From the NCBI GenBank assembly GCA_012295275.1, contig CM022679.1, forward strand, positions 4,154,001 to 4,218,000: a stretch of DNA of 64,000 bases, read 5' to 3'. The number at the start of each line of letters is the position of its first letter. Position 1 is the stretch's first letter. A program made the translations under genes and the position numbers. The notes beneath the pieces are model-generated. The model was not told the DNA's origin. It worked only from the letters and a program-made list of their open reading frames with translations, and ran no database searches. This DNA is from Chrysomallon squamiferum. Lineage: Eukaryota; Animalia; Mollusca. This document shows positions 59,542 to 64,000 of this stretch, piece after piece.

Positions 59542-62500
59542 GCATATGAAGAAAACATAAAGAGAAATAAAGGAAGGAAAGAACAATATTTTAACGTTAC
59601 AGATATTACTATGCTTACTCTAGTTTATAGATAACAACGTCAATGCCCTAAATAAAATCTACTCTAACAAATATTTAAATATCGAATTTTCCTGTGTATA
59701 CCTTCTTTATTAGCTTAACAACAAACAGTATATTATTTGAAAACAGTTAAAGAAATAATTCCGTGCACCAGACGCCCATAACTCGCATTATTTATTTATA
59801 CGACACTTAGAATAATACGTCATCTACATACATTTTTCAGTAATGTTTGGAAACTGGGGTTTTCAGCTGTAGAGAAAAATAGAATTTACTGATAAAGTTT
59901 TAATTTCATTTTTGTTTTGTTTTGTATTGGTTTTTTGGTGGGGTTTTTTTCGCAGGATAAAGAAACTAGTGGATCGGAACGTTAAACGATTTTTTATGCA
60001 TCGATTGACTGAGTTTAAACTGTGTACAATTAGCTGGAACTGTTTTTAAGTGCTTACATGAAATAAAGCATGAACAGATGAACCGATGAATTGATTATAC
60101 ACGACTGAATAAGCTGATGAATAGTAATTAATGAAATTACTGAATTTATGAATGATACAATAAATATAAAGGTACATACACATGCATCGTAATTTCTCAA
60201 CACTATATTATTGCTGCTATATTAACAGTCTTGCTATTCAGCTTAATTTATACGAAATACGCATTGAAATAAGTATACGATATACACTTTTCACTTAAAA
60301 TAGATAAACGAATTACAAATTTCAGTTAAAACTAATATAAACATTAAAATTTCCAATTAATTATGAATGGCTGTTTTATACGTAGCTTGCCATATAGAGA
60401 AACACACATTATAAATGTTACAACGTATTTGTCGGAGCCCTGTTTGGACTGGGAAATTTCCTGATGATAATAGCACTGATGATAATTAAACTAATGTACA
60501 TGTATTCTGATTAGAATGTGAAAAATCAGGCTTTCTTTCTAATTATTATTATTATTTTAGTGTGTGTGTGTGTGTATGTTGTTGTTGTTGTTGTTGTTGT
60601 TGTGATTAATATGTAGTGCCCAGCTGGTAGGCACTCTGCACAGTCACTTTATTTTAATAAGAGAAACGGCAGCCATCTGGTTCATCTCAAATAAGTAAAT
60701 GATTGCTGATTATACTTAAAACTGACTGCGAGGAAAACATATTTCTTTTACAGCCATGTCGGTTTGAAAATATCCTTTCTGGTTACGTCAGTGTTTTGCT
60801 GGCACAGTCACCAGGCTTCATGGCGTCAGTCCTTTCTGTTTCTTTCTCTCTTTTCTACCTTTTTAAAAAAAATTTTTATTTAATAAACAAAATCGGTCTT
60901 CCAGTAATTTGATTTTTTTGTGTATTTTAGTCTGCTTCAGTTTTCAGTAAGGGACAAATGTGATTTTATGCGTCTGTGTTTGTGTCTAACTACGCGGGGA
61001 TGCGAAGCATTTGTAAATGCTGTTTTTAAATTTATTGTTATTTGTTTTTTTCTTCTGTGTTTTCACGAGAAAGAGAGACATATAGATCAGTAGATTTATA
61101 GACCGAAAGCTATATAGATTTTTACATAGATAAATATACAGACTGATAGATAGATATAGAACAAGTTTATACATATTACATACATACACACATACAGATA
61201 TGAAGAAGAAGACGAACACAGAAAGCGAGAAAAAAGTATGTGTGTGTATAAAAAACAATGTCGAGAAATTCATTCATTGGCAATAAACATATCCGCCAAA
61301 TGTGACATTTAATCGGTGAACGCTGTAATGTCACCAATTTCAAGACTCGTTTCTGAAGTCATTTTCTGAAGTCACAGCTTTTGATAAAGACAGAAACACT
61401 TAAAGGAATCTTACGGCAGCATGAAGAATGACTTTTCCCTTTAATTAAGTGTTTTTGGTACAGTTGTGTTAACTGTGCATGATATTATAGTTGATTATAC
61501 ACTTGTGTGTATGTATAGTTGGTGTATACACGTCTGTATGTGTGTAGTTGATGTGTATATTTGTATGTGTTTCTGTTTCGGATATATTAATATTTAAATA
61601 GTTCCACAGATAATTTTACATTAGGGAAATTGTAAATATGTGCATTGATATGGAATATTTTGCCTGTTTATGTAGACGTCTGCTCTGCCTGAACTCGTAT
61701 GTGTATAATTATGTTAGTGTATTGGTGCATTTGAGATTGTAGTCAGTCTTTCACCAACCAGTGTAAAAAATAACATTATCTTCTCCACTGACTTTTACAA
61801 ATTAAAATATAACTTGCTATTGCAAGTTTCAGTTCTCATCTGTTGTCGACTGCACTGTTAAATAAACTCTTCATTTTATCCTGTGTAATAATTATTTCCC
61901 TTTTCGTGTAATGGTTCACGGCTGTATATGAAAAATCTTGTTCATGGACAGATGGACGTTAGAATATACCTGCAGCTAAACGAAAAACGTAGTGATTAGG
62001 ATAACTACTTGCCACAGATGTCCTTGATATGCACATAGATTGGGGTAAAGGAATTCTTCAAAACTGTTTAACAACAGTAATGTCTGGTATGATGATTGGT
62101 GTATCAGAGACCTTGATTATATAGTGAGATAACGTAAGATGATTTAGCTACTAGCAAGTCTGTTGAATGAAATATCAAGGTCTTCTCATTTCTAACTGGC
62201 TCAACTTCAAAACAGCAAATCCCTTATTACCATACCAAATTATCTGCAAGAGTTATACGAAGGTTAACATCCTCGCGTTTATAAAATCATCAGAGATTTG
62301 ACAGCGTCTAATAAAGAGCTGTCACTCTTTGATATTCGACATGGAATTTTCTCTGCAGAGCGTGCGCTGATTCTTCCTAGACGTTTATGTTGGTATTTAC
62401 TTGTTTTATGGTAATTAAGTGGAACGTTAACGAGGATAATGTAGCAGAGGGATTGCAGTTACTGAAATATTTTGTTATGGATAATTGCATGCTTCAGTGG

Positions 62501-62601
62501 GTTACGTGACGTATACTCGGAATGTAAGACCTGTTTGTAAAAAAAAGGTCAGAAAGTCGTCAGACGTTTACGACACGATAGAGGAGTTATTTTCTTTCCT
62601 T

Positions 62602-62637
<36 letters not shown>

Positions 62638-62743
62638 TCGGTTCTTCTTCTTAGTATTATTTGTTTAGCAGTTTTAATGCATTTTATAGTTAACGAAAAT
62701 CGAATTCATCATATAAAAAAATATAAAGTTTTAAAATTATTAT

Positions 62744-62784
<41 letters not shown>

Positions 62785-64000
62785 ATAATAATAATAATAG
62801 TAGTAGTTGTAATAGTAGAAGTAGTAGTGGTGCTTTTAGTAGTGACAGCGGTAAGTTTAGTAGTAGTAGTACTAGTAGTGCTAGTAATAGTAGTATAGGA
62901 GGAATAATAGTAGAAGTTACGGTAGTAGTAAAAGACATTGTTATTGCTGTTGCTGTTCTTGTTGCTCTTATTACAGTGGTAGCAGTAGTAATAACACAGA
63001 TTCCCCAAACAGCTTTTCATATCCGAGTTTCATTGCACAGCGAAGTAGTATTATCAGAATTAGCACACTCTAAAAAACCTTGAAAGTGGAAAGCAATCGC
63101 AAAGGTTTTGGCAACTTTATGGAGAAATATTCGCCATATTCAGAGTCAGAATGTAAACTTAATTACGCTTCTCTTGTTGGCGTCCTGTTGCTAGGATACT
63201 ACAAAATGGCTTGATTAAATTCCCAAAGAGCAATTTTTTTGCGGTTAGAATTTTTATTATATAATGGATTGCCATACATCGCTCTTTCATTACACCTTGT
63301 TAATGTGGCGTACCATTCAGCAGATTTAACACTGAAAGGTTGTAAGATCGTATCTTCATGTCGGCAGTTAGTTATCCAGGTACTGATAAACGCATGTCGG
63401 TTTCTTCAATGACATATCAGTACGGTTTAATACTGACAGTTTATAATGACATCAGATTAGAAACCCGATGTATATGATAATGAAAATATATCGATTTTTC
63501 CCCGGTAAGCTTCATATACCCTTGTTATTTTCTTTATACCAGAATCGTTTACATCTTAACTGTATCTTATCCAAAATCTCATACGACAGATACTAAATAA
63601 TCATTTAAGAAACAAAATGCTATATAAAATCTGAGACATATAAATTAAATTAGTATGTTTGTGTCTGTATGTCTATGTACAAATATAATATGTATGTATG
63701 TATGTAGGCATATAGGTATATAGGTATGTGTGAATGTATGTATTATGTAGGTGTATAAGTGTGTATGTCTGGGTGTATATATTTACATGTATGTATGTAT
63801 ATAGATATATATGTATATATGCGTATGTTTGTGTGGTGTACATATTTATATGAATGTATATATGAATGAATGACTCTATGTATCAATGTATGTATGTACG
63901 TACCTACATATATGTATTATACACACACACACACCCACCCACCCACACGCGCACACACACACACACACATACACACACACACATATATAAACATGTTGTC

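Noticed and set aside
61302-61375. 8-bp inverted repeat GTGACATT/AATGTCAC and adjacent TTTCTGAAGTCA duplication
   Set aside because: Short enough to arise by chance or slippage; no element body.

Overview
AT-rich, microsatellite-saturated animal genomic DNA. The repeat spectrum of (CT/GA)n, (CA)n, (ATGT)n, (AAT/AAC/ACT)n and poly-A/T resembles coleoid cephalopod or other mollusc genomes; this is an inference and not provable from the window. Almost all supplied ORFs are translations of microsatellites. I found no prokaryotic genes, CRISPR arrays, rRNA, intact tRNA or transposon ORFs. The best-supported gene feature is a + strand first coding exon at 51747-51819. It encodes a signal peptide (MTIRKCQLSGITTLLFLLLFITVA), ends at a phase-1 CAG|GTAAGT donor, and follows a CCAAT/CpG-rich promoter-like region and a uORF. 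The window therefore looks like the upstream region and first intron of a large gene for a secreted or membrane protein. Other notable structure: (1) a near-identical 257-bp direct duplication, anchored in microsatellites, brackets that exon; (2) a ~186-nt foldback with 43-bp perfect arms is hidden in simple repeats at 44.4 kb; (3) a candidate 21-nt microexon lies at 44987-45007; (4) two CRE sites share extended context in intron 1; (5) there are several minisatellites; (6) complex-sequence islands alternate with microsatellite blocks at roughly 2-kb spacing, judged by eye. I cannot support a complete novel multi-gene system.
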